IMG/VR virus record: IMGVR_UViG_3300042549_009629
Span: 1-53,926 of that record
Origin: a virus
Taxonomy: Duplodnaviria; Caudoviricetes
Reading direction: 5' to 3' (one strand)
DNA length: 53,926 nucleotides
Shown: piece by piece, positions 27,363 to 35,253 of the stretch
How positions within the stretch are numbered: position 1 is the stretch's first letter
How the letters are laid out: each line of letters starts with the position of its first letter
Notes under the pieces: generated by a model
What the model saw: only the letters and a program-made list of their open reading frames with translations
The model's database searches: none
What the model was told of the DNA's origin: nothing
Translations under genes and position numbers: made by a program

Positions 27363-28249
27363 TATTTTTGTTTAAGTTTAGCTAAAACAGCTTCTTTAAT
27401 TTTTGCTTTCATTGCAGTTGATGTAGCAATTTTACCTGCTTTTTCATCCGACATTCCTTTATCTTTTAAAGTATCGTATATTTCACCTCTTTTTTTGACT
27501 TGTTTTTTAGACATTTTTTCGTCAATAGCACCTTCTTTAGCAATATTTTTAAAAGGCATACCTTTTTCTCTAGATTTTTCAGGAGTCATTTCTTCATCAA
27601 TAACATCTTCTTCATTAGCAATACCTACCATAGCATCAATCTTTGGTTCGTCTAATTCAAACTCAAGATAATGTTTTGCACTTGAAATCATATTTCTAGC
27701 AGTAGTAAGTTTTGATTGCCACCATGCTGGGAAGTCTACTTCTTGTGGTCCTTCAAATTGATCAACCATTTTATATAATTCTATAGCATATCTAGCTATA
27801 TGGGCTAATTCTGCTTTAATCATATGTGGTTCATTATCTTGGTGACCTAAATCAAGATCTTCTGAAATTGGTTCGTCAGCAATTAGTTCTTCTCCTGTTT
27901 CAAATTCATCAATTACACCTCTTGCTTTTAAAATATCAGCTTTAGTTACTTTACCATCACCTGTTAAATCAGGAAAAGATTTTTTCTTTTCATTTAACGG
28001 ATTAGATAAAGCTGCTTGAATCATTTCTTTTAATTTTTGCTCTTGGTCCATTGGTTCTTCTGTTGTTGGTTCTTCAATATTATTGCCTGCCTTTTTTTTA
28101 ACTTGGTTTACAGCAGAGGCATAAGCTATTCGCTCTGCCTCTATACCGTATTTTTTTACCAAATTATCTCTTCGAGAATTAACGATGGCTAGAAATTTAT
28201 CGTAAATTTCCTTTGATTCATCAGATGAAAATGCCTCGTTAATATTCAT
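27362..28249 (-). CDS. Modular putative internal head polyprotein
   Basis: Modules bounded by INE/LNE/IDE/ISE sites, including the EF-hand-like DLTGDGKVTKADIL and GHQDNEPHM..FPAWWQSK. Confidence 0.5.
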   Translation of the reverse strand: MNINEAFSSDESKEIYDKFLAIVNSRRDNLVKKYGIEAERIAYASAVNQVKKKAGNNIEEPTTEEPMDQEQKLKEMIQAALSNPLNEKKKSFPDLTGDGKVTKADILKARGVIDEFETGEELIADEPISEDLDLGHQDNEPHMIKAELAHIARYAIELYKMVDQFEGPQEVDFPAWWQSKLTTARNMISSAKHYLEFELDEPKIDAMVGIANEEDVIDEEMTPEKSREKGMPFKNIAKEGAIDEKMSKKQVKKRGEIYDTLKDKGMSDEKAGKIATSTAMKAKIKEAVLAKLKQK

Positions 28250-28251
28250 TT

Positions 28252-28425
28252 TTAAGCTGCTTTGTCTTCTGCAGTTGAAGTTTTCTTAAATTCAGCTGCT
28301 AGTTTTTTAATTGTGTTAGCTGCACTACGTGCTCTACCACGAGCCGCTTTAGAAGTTTTACCATTTTCTATTTCTAAAATAGCTACTTGTTCTTTGATCG
28401 AGTTTAAAATTTCTGTTGTGTTCAT
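28252..28425 (-). CDS. Histone H1-like Hc1-family small DNA-binding protein (57 aa; not in the ORF track)
   Basis: MNTTEILNSIKEQVAILEIENGKTSKAARGRARSAANTIKKLAAEFKKTSTAEDKAA; KAA.xRAR...EF[RK]K.S pattern of Hc1-like proteins. Confidence 0.7.
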   Translation of the reverse strand: MNTTEILNSIKEQVAILEIENGKTSKAARGRARSAANTIKKLAAEFKKTSTAEDKAA

Positions 28426-28454
28426 AGATTTTATTTTTATATAGATTTAATTGT

Positions 28455-28910
28455 TTACTGTTCTCCTCCACCAATATATTCGCTTACGAAAAATTTAAGT
28501 GTGTTTCCTACTTGTGTTTCAAGTTTTTCATTATTCATACCTTTAGCAATTTTAAATGCACTCATTAAATGGTCCATCAATTCACCTTCAGTTCCTTCCA
28601 TATCAGCAACTACATCTTCTAAACCACCATTAGCAGGTGCTTCTTCAGCAGGAGCATCTTCAGCTGGTATTTCTTCAGTTGTATCTGTTGTTTCAGTATC
28701 AGTTGTTTCAACATCTGCTACTTCTTCGTCTTTTTTCTTTTTAGCTTCATCTAGGTCTTCATCAACATTTAATTCAGCTAATACCATTTCACGAATTTTA
28801 TCACGCATGTTACCTTCATGAATGCTAGTGTTTTTACCTATTATATCATTTAGATTCTCAAGAGCTTTGCTTTCTTTTAAGAATTTTTTTAAATCAAAAT
28901 TATCTGACAT
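28455..28910 (-). CDS. Acidic putative prohead core protein
   Basis: Leader MSDNFDLKKFLKE; IRE and LDE sites; acidic linker. Confidence 0.5.
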   Translation of the reverse strand: MSDNFDLKKFLKESKALENLNDIIGKNTSIHEGNMRDKIREMVLAELNVDEDLDEAKKKKDEEVADVETTDTETTDTTEEIPAEDAPAEEAPANGGLEDVVADMEGTEGELMDHLMSAFKIAKGMNNEKLETQVGNTLKFFVSEYIGGGEQ

Positions 28911-28914
28911 TTTT

Positions 28915-29541
28915 TTATTTTTTAGTTATCGTGTATAAATATTCGGAAAGTAATGTTCCTATCACTCCTACTTTTTGTCTTATGTAAATCCATTCATCTT
29001 TTGTTAAATGATGTTTTTCTTGGAATGATATAGTTAATACACCTATTAAATGATTATCTAAACTATGTAAACCAACCATGCAAATTGATTTAGTACCAAA
29101 TTGAGTTGATAAATATTCTAACCCAAAAGTATCTTCAACACCATTTACATCATCAAGTGATAATTCATTATCTTTGTAAACTTTAGATAATACCCTTGGA
29201 AATAAAGATACTGGGATATTCTGGAATGTGGTTTGAATATTTGGAGTTTCGGGGGTGCATTTTTCGTAAAATATAGAGAATTTTTGAATAGAACGTCCTG
29301 TAGGGTAGAACATGCCTCCATTATGGAATTGGGCAATCCAAATTCGATCACATTCTAATTCTTCCATCATTTGTTCTAATTGAGTATCAATTAAAGTCGA
29401 GGTTTCAAGGGCATCACGCATTGGAGCAGATGTATCTTTATTTTCCATTTTGAGTTTAACCCAAGTTACTAAAATAGGTCCAAACACCGCTGTAATTAAG
29501 GCTACTAAAATAGTTGTTAACATCATAAAAGTTTCCATCAT
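28915..29541 (-). CDS. Putative holin, T4 T-like (single N-terminal TM plus GAF-like domain)
   Basis: TM TILVALITAVFGPILVTWV; CDRIWIAQFHNGG...FSIFYE and LIGVLTISF GAF-like strands; several N-terminal Met codons. Confidence 0.55.
   Translation of the reverse strand: MMETFMMLTTILVALITAVFGPILVTWVKLKMENKDTSAPMRDALETSTLIDTQLEQMMEELECDRIWIAQFHNGGMFYPTGRSIQKFSIFYEKCTPETPNIQTTFQNIPVSLFPRVLSKVYKDNELSLDDVNGVEDTFGLEYLSTQFGTKSICMVGLHSLDNHLIGVLTISFQEKHHLTKDEWIYIRQKVGVIGTLLSEYLYTITKK
28935..28942 (-). promoter_or_regulatory. Putative late promoter ATATTTAT inside the holin 3' end
   Basis: 24 nt upstream of ATG 28910. Confidence 0.45.
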
Positions 29542-30110
29542 TTTTTAAGAGAATTTAAATAGTTTATTACTTCATCTAGGGATTCTACTGCACGTTCTTT
29601 ATTAATCCCTCCAACCCATTTTTCAACATCACCTGCTTCTGTAATAAAACTATTATTGCTCTCTAATAACTTATCTTCTATAAAACTCTTATATTCTTCA
29701 ATTTGGTTATCAATTTCTTGATTAAACATATCTTTAGTATATGACTCCCATTCACCTTTAAGTTTTAATGTAGTTTCAAATACTGTTCTACAATCTAAAC
29801 ATTCACCATAAGATTTATAGTAAAATGGATCTAATTGTTTATCCATAACTTGTTTACATTTAGGACAAAATAAAGGAACTGCTATTGATTTAAATTTATC
29901 TAATTTAGTAACATTTTCTCTAACTCCATCTCGGATAGTCCAAGTTTTTCCTTTATATTCCCAAACATCACCTTCTTTATGGTCTTCTTCTTGTTCACCT
30001 TGATATCCAACACCTAGTGTAGTTCGACTACCATGTTTACCTTTAACAAGATTGCGAAGGCGTTCAACATCTCGTTTTTGAAACTCTTTTTTTAATACTG
30101 AATCTGACAT
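29538..30110 (-). CDS. Zinc-finger hypothetical protein
   Basis: CPKC...CLDC and a KEGDVWE..GKTW motif. Confidence 0.55.
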   Translation of the reverse strand: MSDSVLKKEFQKRDVERLRNLVKGKHGSRTTLGVGYQGEQEEDHKEGDVWEYKGKTWTIRDGVRENVTKLDKFKSIAVPLFCPKCKQVMDKQLDPFYYKSYGECLDCRTVFETTLKLKGEWESYTKDMFNQEIDNQIEEYKSFIEDKLLESNNSFITEAGDVEKWVGGINKERAVESLDEVINYLNSLKK

Positions 30111-30634
30111 TATAATCCTAATTGTTTGAGTTGTTCAATAGTGTTAGCTGCTGAGGTGTGTAAAATTCCTATTCCACCGGCTGCATTCCAACTATCAATT
30201 GTATCTGCTCTATCGTCTATAAGTATACGGTTTTTTCCTGAAAGTTCTTGTTTGAATCGAGCAGGTTTAAAATAAATATTTTTCATTCCATCTAAACGTT
30301 GAGCCCATTCACGTTTTCCTTGTTTAGATCCTGGATCTAGTGATGGGGCTGTTAATACATATGGTTTATATTGTTTAATATAATCCCATAAGTTTTGCCC
30401 ATCAGACATCCAAGGTAAATTAACCCAATAATCATATTCGGTTAAATCTTTTTCTTTTAAACTGTTAGTTAATAATTTCCAAAATTGGTTTTTACCTTGC
30501 TCATTAGCATGCGAAGTAGACATTCCGGTTAAGTCTTCATATCCTTTGTCGAAATCAACTAATACACCATCCATATCACAAAAAATGATATATTTTGGTT
30601 TTATAGCTTCATATAAATCAAGTAAATTGGGCAT
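30110..30634 (-). CDS. HAD-family 5'(3')-deoxyribonucleotidase-like protein
   Basis: FCDMDGVLVDF, LTAP, GKREW, LIDDR, W.AAGGIGILH motifs. Confidence 0.85.
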   Translation of the reverse strand: MPNLLDLYEAIKPKYIIFCDMDGVLVDFDKGYEDLTGMSTSHANEQGKNQFWKLLTNSLKEKDLTEYDYWVNLPWMSDGQNLWDYIKQYKPYVLTAPSLDPGSKQGKREWAQRLDGMKNIYFKPARFKQELSGKNRILIDDRADTIDSWNAAGGIGILHTSAANTIEQLKQLGL

Positions 30635-30636
30635 AT

Positions 30637-32325
30637 TTAAAATTTAGATAAATTTAATGCCCCTAATCTGCTTCTCCAAAGATTAAGTATTTCTTCTTTT
30701 TGTTCCGGAGTTATATCTTGAGCATTTAAATAAGTGTCTATAACATCTCTAAACGGACGTTTTTCTTTTTTAGCACGTAAATACATTCCTTGTAAATTAG
30801 CATCTACTTCTTTTTCTAATTTAAAATATTGAGCCGGAGGGAGTAAATCAGCATCTATTAATTTTCGAATTAGTTCATCATCTTCCATAGATTTACCTTT
30901 ATTTAAATTAGGACCTTCACCATGAGTTAAATGTTCTATTTCATGACGAACTACATCTTTTAAATTCATTGATATTTCTTCCCAATATTCTGGGAGTAAT
31001 TCGGGGTCAATTTCGAAACGGATTTGTAAATACCCTGTTTCAGAATCTGCTCCACCATCTACTTTAAGTCCTTTAGAATCAGGTACAAATGAAATATTTG
31101 CATCTATATCTATTTCTAAATCACTATCATTAAATGTTTGGTCAATTCTAGATGCTTCAGCAGCATTATTATAATCACTTTTCCATTTATTAAATATAGT
31201 AGAAGAAATTTGATTTGTAATTTTATCGTAACGACCTTCGTTTAATGATGGAGTATTATCATGTCCACATTTATGACAAATGTATAAATCATCTCCACCA
31301 TCTTTTATTTTCCAACTCCATCCACAATCATCACATACTATTCTATCTCCAAGTACACCTTCAGTTAATGTATCTGTCCAATTTCGAAACATCATATTAC
31401 CTTTTTCATATGCTTCTCTTTCAATTTCAGGTAGATCTCCGTCTTCGTTTGTATTTGTAGTATTGATATTTGTTAATTTATCATTACAATTTTGTTCGTG
31501 GTGGATCATTTCATGCGCAAATGAACGCATAACATCTTTTGGATGACGATCCATAGTGTAAAGTACTATAACGCGATTATTCGGGTCATAATATGCTGTT
31601 TTACCGAAAAAATCTTTTGCATTTTCACTGTCATCATCTACAAATTTAACTTTAGGTAAAGGACGAATATTCATTCCTTTTTCTAACATATATTCTGTAA
31701 GAGATTTAACTATTGGAGGAAAACTAAATTTGCTAGGTTCAGCATACATTATTTCTTCAATTGGTGTTTTGGTTAAAATACTCCAAACTTTATTTCGTTC
31801 TTCATCATTTAACTCAACGGGTAAATAACGTTGAAAATTTTCAAAATTATTATCTATTAACGCGGCTCGTGCTTTAGTACCACTAACGCCTTGATCACCG
31901 TGGATAACAATTGGTTCAAAATTATTATATTTACCCTTCATGCTATCAAATCGTTTGATATCTTTTAAATCAAACTCTCCTCTAACTCCTACTACAGGTA
32001 AATAAAAATTTTCAGGGTTATTTTTAATAATTGAATTTACATCTTGAACTGGGGAGTTACTATCTGCTATTTGGATTTCAACATTATTAGGTAAATATTT
32101 TTTATATATGTTCCATATAGCTAAACTTTCATCTTTAGTTACACCGTCTCTATCTTTATGACCTATTAAAACTATTACTTTATTTACTTCAGGTCTTTTT
32201 GCAATCTCACTTGCCAAATAAAAATGTCCTGCTGTTGGGGGTTTAAACCCACCAGGAACTAAAGCAATGCCTTGTTTTGTTTCCTCTAATAAAGGTTGAA
32301 TGAGTGATTTAACTAACGAATTCAT
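30637..32325 (-). CDS. Multidomain protein: HxGH nucleotidyltransferase, HExxH zincin, Zn ribbon, second HExxH zincin
   Basis: PGGFKPPTAGH...VSGTKAR; HEMIH (aa 271-275); CDDC/CHKC; HEIEH (aa 461-465). Confidence 0.75.
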   Translation of the reverse strand: MNSLVKSLIQPLLEETKQGIALVPGGFKPPTAGHFYLASEIAKRPEVNKVIVLIGHKDRDGVTKDESLAIWNIYKKYLPNNVEIQIADSNSPVQDVNSIIKNNPENFYLPVVGVRGEFDLKDIKRFDSMKGKYNNFEPIVIHGDQGVSGTKARAALIDNNFENFQRYLPVELNDEERNKVWSILTKTPIEEIMYAEPSKFSFPPIVKSLTEYMLEKGMNIRPLPKVKFVDDDSENAKDFFGKTAYYDPNNRVIVLYTMDRHPKDVMRSFAHEMIHHEQNCNDKLTNINTTNTNEDGDLPEIEREAYEKGNMMFRNWTDTLTEGVLGDRIVCDDCGWSWKIKDGGDDLYICHKCGHDNTPSLNEGRYDKITNQISSTIFNKWKSDYNNAAEASRIDQTFNDSDLEIDIDANISFVPDSKGLKVDGGADSETGYLQIRFEIDPELLPEYWEEISMNLKDVVRHEIEHLTHGEGPNLNKGKSMEDDELIRKLIDADLLPPAQYFKLEKEVDANLQGMYLRAKKEKRPFRDVIDTYLNAQDITPEQKEEILNLWRSRLGALNLSKF

Positions 32326-33064
32326 TTATTTTATTTTTAGCAGTATCTATAGTATCAAATTCAGGTAATTGATTAACCATAGATTCAATATCTTTATTTA
32401 ATTGTAATTTTTCAGCATCTGATTTTGCTTGTTCTTCTGGGGATTTAGGTTTACCTACAGATGTAGATGCTTGGATAAATGGTTCAAGTAAATCAGTATT
32501 AAATCCTCTATTAGCATCTTTTGGGTTATTATTTAATAATATAAAATTATTTCCAAATGCTTCTTTATATGTTTCAATGTTTTTATTTACATCTCTCCAA
32601 GTTCGTAACACAATCCCAGGCATTAAACTTCTATCACGTTGTTGATTACGTTCAAGTGAAGTTAAGGGTGAAACATAAATCATTAACATTAATGTTTCAT
32701 ACCCTAAATCTTCTAGTTGTTGTTTTTTCTTTAATACAGGTCCAGATGCAGCACCAGTTCCATCAATAACAATATTATTTTTATTTTCTATTGATTGAGC
32801 TAATTTATCTTGAGTTACTTTTCTAGCTTGAGCTTGTAATTTAGCAGATTGAGATAATTCATCCGGAGTAAAATCTTTTTGTTTTAAACCGATTCCACTA
32901 GCTTTTAACAATGCTTCATAAGTATCGTCTGAATTGATAGAGGTAAATGTGTTAGGTATAAGTTTAGAAGATATATAGGATTTTCCACTCCCTGCAGGAC
33001 CTGCTAAGAATATAGCTTTAGGACCATCTTGCATTTCTTTTAAAAGTTGAACTAAACTTATCAT
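32309..33064 (-). CDS. Zeta-toxin/AAA_33-like P-loop kinase
   Basis: FLAGPAGSGKS, INSDD, IVIDGTG, SLERNQQRDR motifs; leader MISLVQLLKE. Confidence 0.8.
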   Translation of the reverse strand: MISLVQLLKEMQDGPKAIFLAGPAGSGKSYISSKLIPNTFTSINSDDTYEALLKASGIGLKQKDFTPDELSQSAKLQAQARKVTQDKLAQSIENKNNIVIDGTGAASGPVLKKKQQLEDLGYETLMLMIYVSPLTSLERNQQRDRSLMPGIVLRTWRDVNKNIETYKEAFGNNFILLNNNPKDANRGFNTDLLEPFIQASTSVGKPKSPEEQAKSDAEKLQLNKDIESMVNQLPEFDTIDTAKNKINEFVS

Positions 33065-33068
33065 AATT

Positions 33069-33076
33069 ATACATAT
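33069..33076 (-). promoter_or_regulatory. Putative late promoter variant ATATGTAT
   Basis: 4 nt upstream of ATG 33064; one mismatch to the consensus. Confidence 0.45.
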
Positions 33077-33849
33077 TACATCTTTTTCTTAACACTCGTT
33101 TTAAATTCAGTAAATACTGGTGCTTCATTTGGGTTTTCTAAGTCAAATAAACGTTTTACTGTTTTAAATATTTCGATATTTTCTTCTTGTGTACGAGATG
33201 GTAAAATCATTTCCCACCCTTTACCTTGCATTTTGTCTTTTGAACCTTTACGCTTATTAGATTTTAACCATAAAATACCTGTTTTATCAGGTACTACACC
33301 AAAACACTCTGCATAACAATGAGCGTAAACAGCTGCTTGTAGCTCATATGTGGTTTGGATATGGTTTGATGTTTTATGATCAATAATCCAAAGTGAATTA
33401 TCAATTTTACAAACTAAATCTGTTGTACCTGCTACTTTAAGTGTATCTGAGTATAAGTGAATTTCTTGATCAATTAATTCAGGTTGATAAGTTTCCCAAA
33501 AATCAACAAAACGTAAAAACATTTGCCAAATATTTGGATCGTGTTGAGGATTTCCCCATTCATTTAAAAAGTTCATTTCTTTACCTTCTAAATATTCTTC
33601 AATCATTTCATGTACTTTAGTTCCATCTTGACCAGCTTTTTTAACAATGTAATCCGCTGAGCGACCCATGTTTTTTAACCATTCTTCAAAATGTTTTCCT
33701 TTTGGGTAAGAACTTAAAACGTGAGTAATTGATGGGTAATATTCTCCATTTCGTCTGTAGTATCTTGAATCCGGAAGAGTAATCTGTTTTGCATCATCTG
33801 AAATTTCAAGAATGCGGTTGTTAACGTGTTTGATGTTCCTTTTTTTCAT
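33076..33849 (-). CDS. PD-(D/E)XK exonuclease (RecB/Cas4-like fold)
   Basis: YPSITHVL, GTKVH, AGTTDL, IIDHKTS, LQAAVY motifs. Confidence 0.85.
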   Translation of the reverse strand: MKKRNIKHVNNRILEISDDAKQITLPDSRYYRRNGEYYPSITHVLSSYPKGKHFEEWLKNMGRSADYIVKKAGQDGTKVHEMIEEYLEGKEMNFLNEWGNPQHDPNIWQMFLRFVDFWETYQPELIDQEIHLYSDTLKVAGTTDLVCKIDNSLWIIDHKTSNHIQTTYELQAAVYAHCYAECFGVVPDKTGILWLKSNKRKGSKDKMQGKGWEMILPSRTQEENIEIFKTVKRLFDLENPNEAPVFTEFKTSVKKKM

Positions 33850-34775
33850 ATCAAGGATAATTTTCTCTCCATCAATTTATATTGATTTAATGGAAGAGTT
33901 GTTTGTATTAGTTTAGTAAAGTTTTCAAAACCTAACTCGCTTGGGTCTTTCCCGTTTAATTCAACTAAATAAACTTCTTTTCCAGAGTCTAATAGTTGCT
34001 CACAAAATCTAAGTGCTTGCTCTATAGCATCGTTATCTAAAGCAATATATATTTTTTGTACTTTTGATTCAACTAACCGTTTCATTAAATTAGGTTGAAT
34101 ATTTTTCCCAAATAAAGGTACAGCATTTCGTTTTATAGCTAAAGCATCAAATGGTCCTTCACACAATATTATAGGTAAATCCCAATTAACAAATAACTCA
34201 AACGGTATTATATCGCGAGACGTTTCCGGATTGCGGTATTTGGTGTATGGATCTTTTTCAAATGATCTTGCGGTAAAATAATTTAATTTACCATTACCAT
34301 CGTATGATGGTATAACTATCATATTATTATATTGACCTGAATCACAATAACCTATATTATATCTTAAAATATCTTGTTTAGTAACATCTCGTTTTTTAAG
34401 GTAAGCCCAAGCATGTCTAGTAATAATATCTCTATTGTCAGTAAATGTTTTAAATTCTTTTGGTAATTCTAATATATGTTTTGGAGAATCTCCTATATCA
34501 TCGGAGTATATATTTTTAACTAATTTACTTAGTTCATAAAAATGGTCTGTAGTTACTTGAACTTGTTTAAATAAACTTTTTATGGTTTTACCTTTTTTAC
34601 CACAAGTCCAACATGCCCAAGGATTATTTCCTTCTTTATTTTCTGTAAAGTTAACCTCTAATTTTGGTTTATGATGTTGGCAAAAAGGACAAGAATATGC
34701 TTGGTTTCCTCTTGCTGTACGTTTTCCTGTTCCTAAAACAGAATTTACCAAATTAACTAATAGTTCATTTACCAT
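33846..34775 (-). CDS. dnaG: DNA primase (Zn finger plus TOPRIM); ATG start at 34775 preferred
   Basis: CPFC...CWTC zinc finger, LCEGPFDA, ALDND, KDPSE motifs. Confidence 0.9.
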   Translation of the reverse strand: MVNELLVNLVNSVLGTGKRTARGNQAYSCPFCQHHKPKLEVNFTENKEGNNPWACWTCGKKGKTIKSLFKQVQVTTDHFYELSKLVKNIYSDDIGDSPKHILELPKEFKTFTDNRDIITRHAWAYLKKRDVTKQDILRYNIGYCDSGQYNNMIVIPSYDGNGKLNYFTARSFEKDPYTKYRNPETSRDIIPFELFVNWDLPIILCEGPFDALAIKRNAVPLFGKNIQPNLMKRLVESKVQKIYIALDNDAIEQALRFCEQLLDSGKEVYLVELNGKDPSELGFENFTKLIQTTLPLNQYKLMERKLSLI

Positions 34776-34779
34776 GATT

Positions 34780-34810
34780 GGAAGATACAATCTTATTCTT
34801 GGGTAACAAA
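34780..34810 (-). promoter_or_regulatory. Possible host-type (Bacteroidota -33/-7) promoter for primase
   Basis: TTTG-N19-TATCTTCC just upstream of ATG 34775. Confidence 0.3.
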
Positions 34811-35248
34811 GTCTCTTCTAAAAAATTTACCCAAAATATTATCGTTTATCCATTCATCTGAATTTTCTAAAACACCTAATTGAAATAAATATTTACATTC
34901 ATAGTACGTTAAAAGTTTTTTATTATTAACAGTACATAGGATTTTACGAGTAAATTCTTTTTGTTTACCTTGTTTTATTAATTCAAGTATAGGTTTAGCT
35001 GAACCATAATAGGTTTTCCAATCAGATTCTTTTTGAGTAGTAACAGTTGTTGGTTTGCGTCCTCTACCTGTTTGTTCAGCAAGTTCTTTTTTAGTTAATT
35101 TCTTTTTAACATTATGATATAATACTTTTTTACCCAAATATGATTTACCTGATGGTTCATGTATTGTGATGTAGATAAAACCGTATGTTCCTTCTGTAAA
35201 ATCTTCAAGAGAATTTATCCATCCTCCGTTGTAAAACCATTTTTCCAT
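34793..35248 (-). CDS. GIY-YIG endonuclease-like protein
   Basis: YGFIYITI...KSYLGKK, ESDWKTYYGS, YYE, WINDNI motifs. Confidence 0.7.
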   Translation of the reverse strand: MEKWFYNGGWINSLEDFTEGTYGFIYITIHEPSGKSYLGKKVLYHNVKKKLTKKELAEQTGRGRKPTTVTTQKESDWKTYYGSAKPILELIKQGKQKEFTRKILCTVNNKKLLTYYECKYLFQLGVLENSDEWINDNILGKFFRRDFVTQE

Positions 35249-35253
35249 AAAAT

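Noticed and set aside
9928-29351. Short alternative-frame minus-strand ORFs nested in capsid, portal and holin genes (9928-10143, 16947-17171, 29145-29351)
   Set aside because: They are fully nested, short and show no motifs or initiation signals.
32309-33064. Epsilon/zeta toxin-antitoxin system
   Set aside because: No small antitoxin gene is adjacent; the context is a late head-cargo operon.
33076-33849. Cas4 / CRISPR adaptation gene
   Set aside because: It lacks the Fe-S cysteine cluster and there are no cas genes or array; it looks like an ordinary phage exonuclease.
34776-34790. TTG start of primase at 34790
   Set aside because: ATG at 34775 is more plausible, and the extension overlaps a promoter-like motif.
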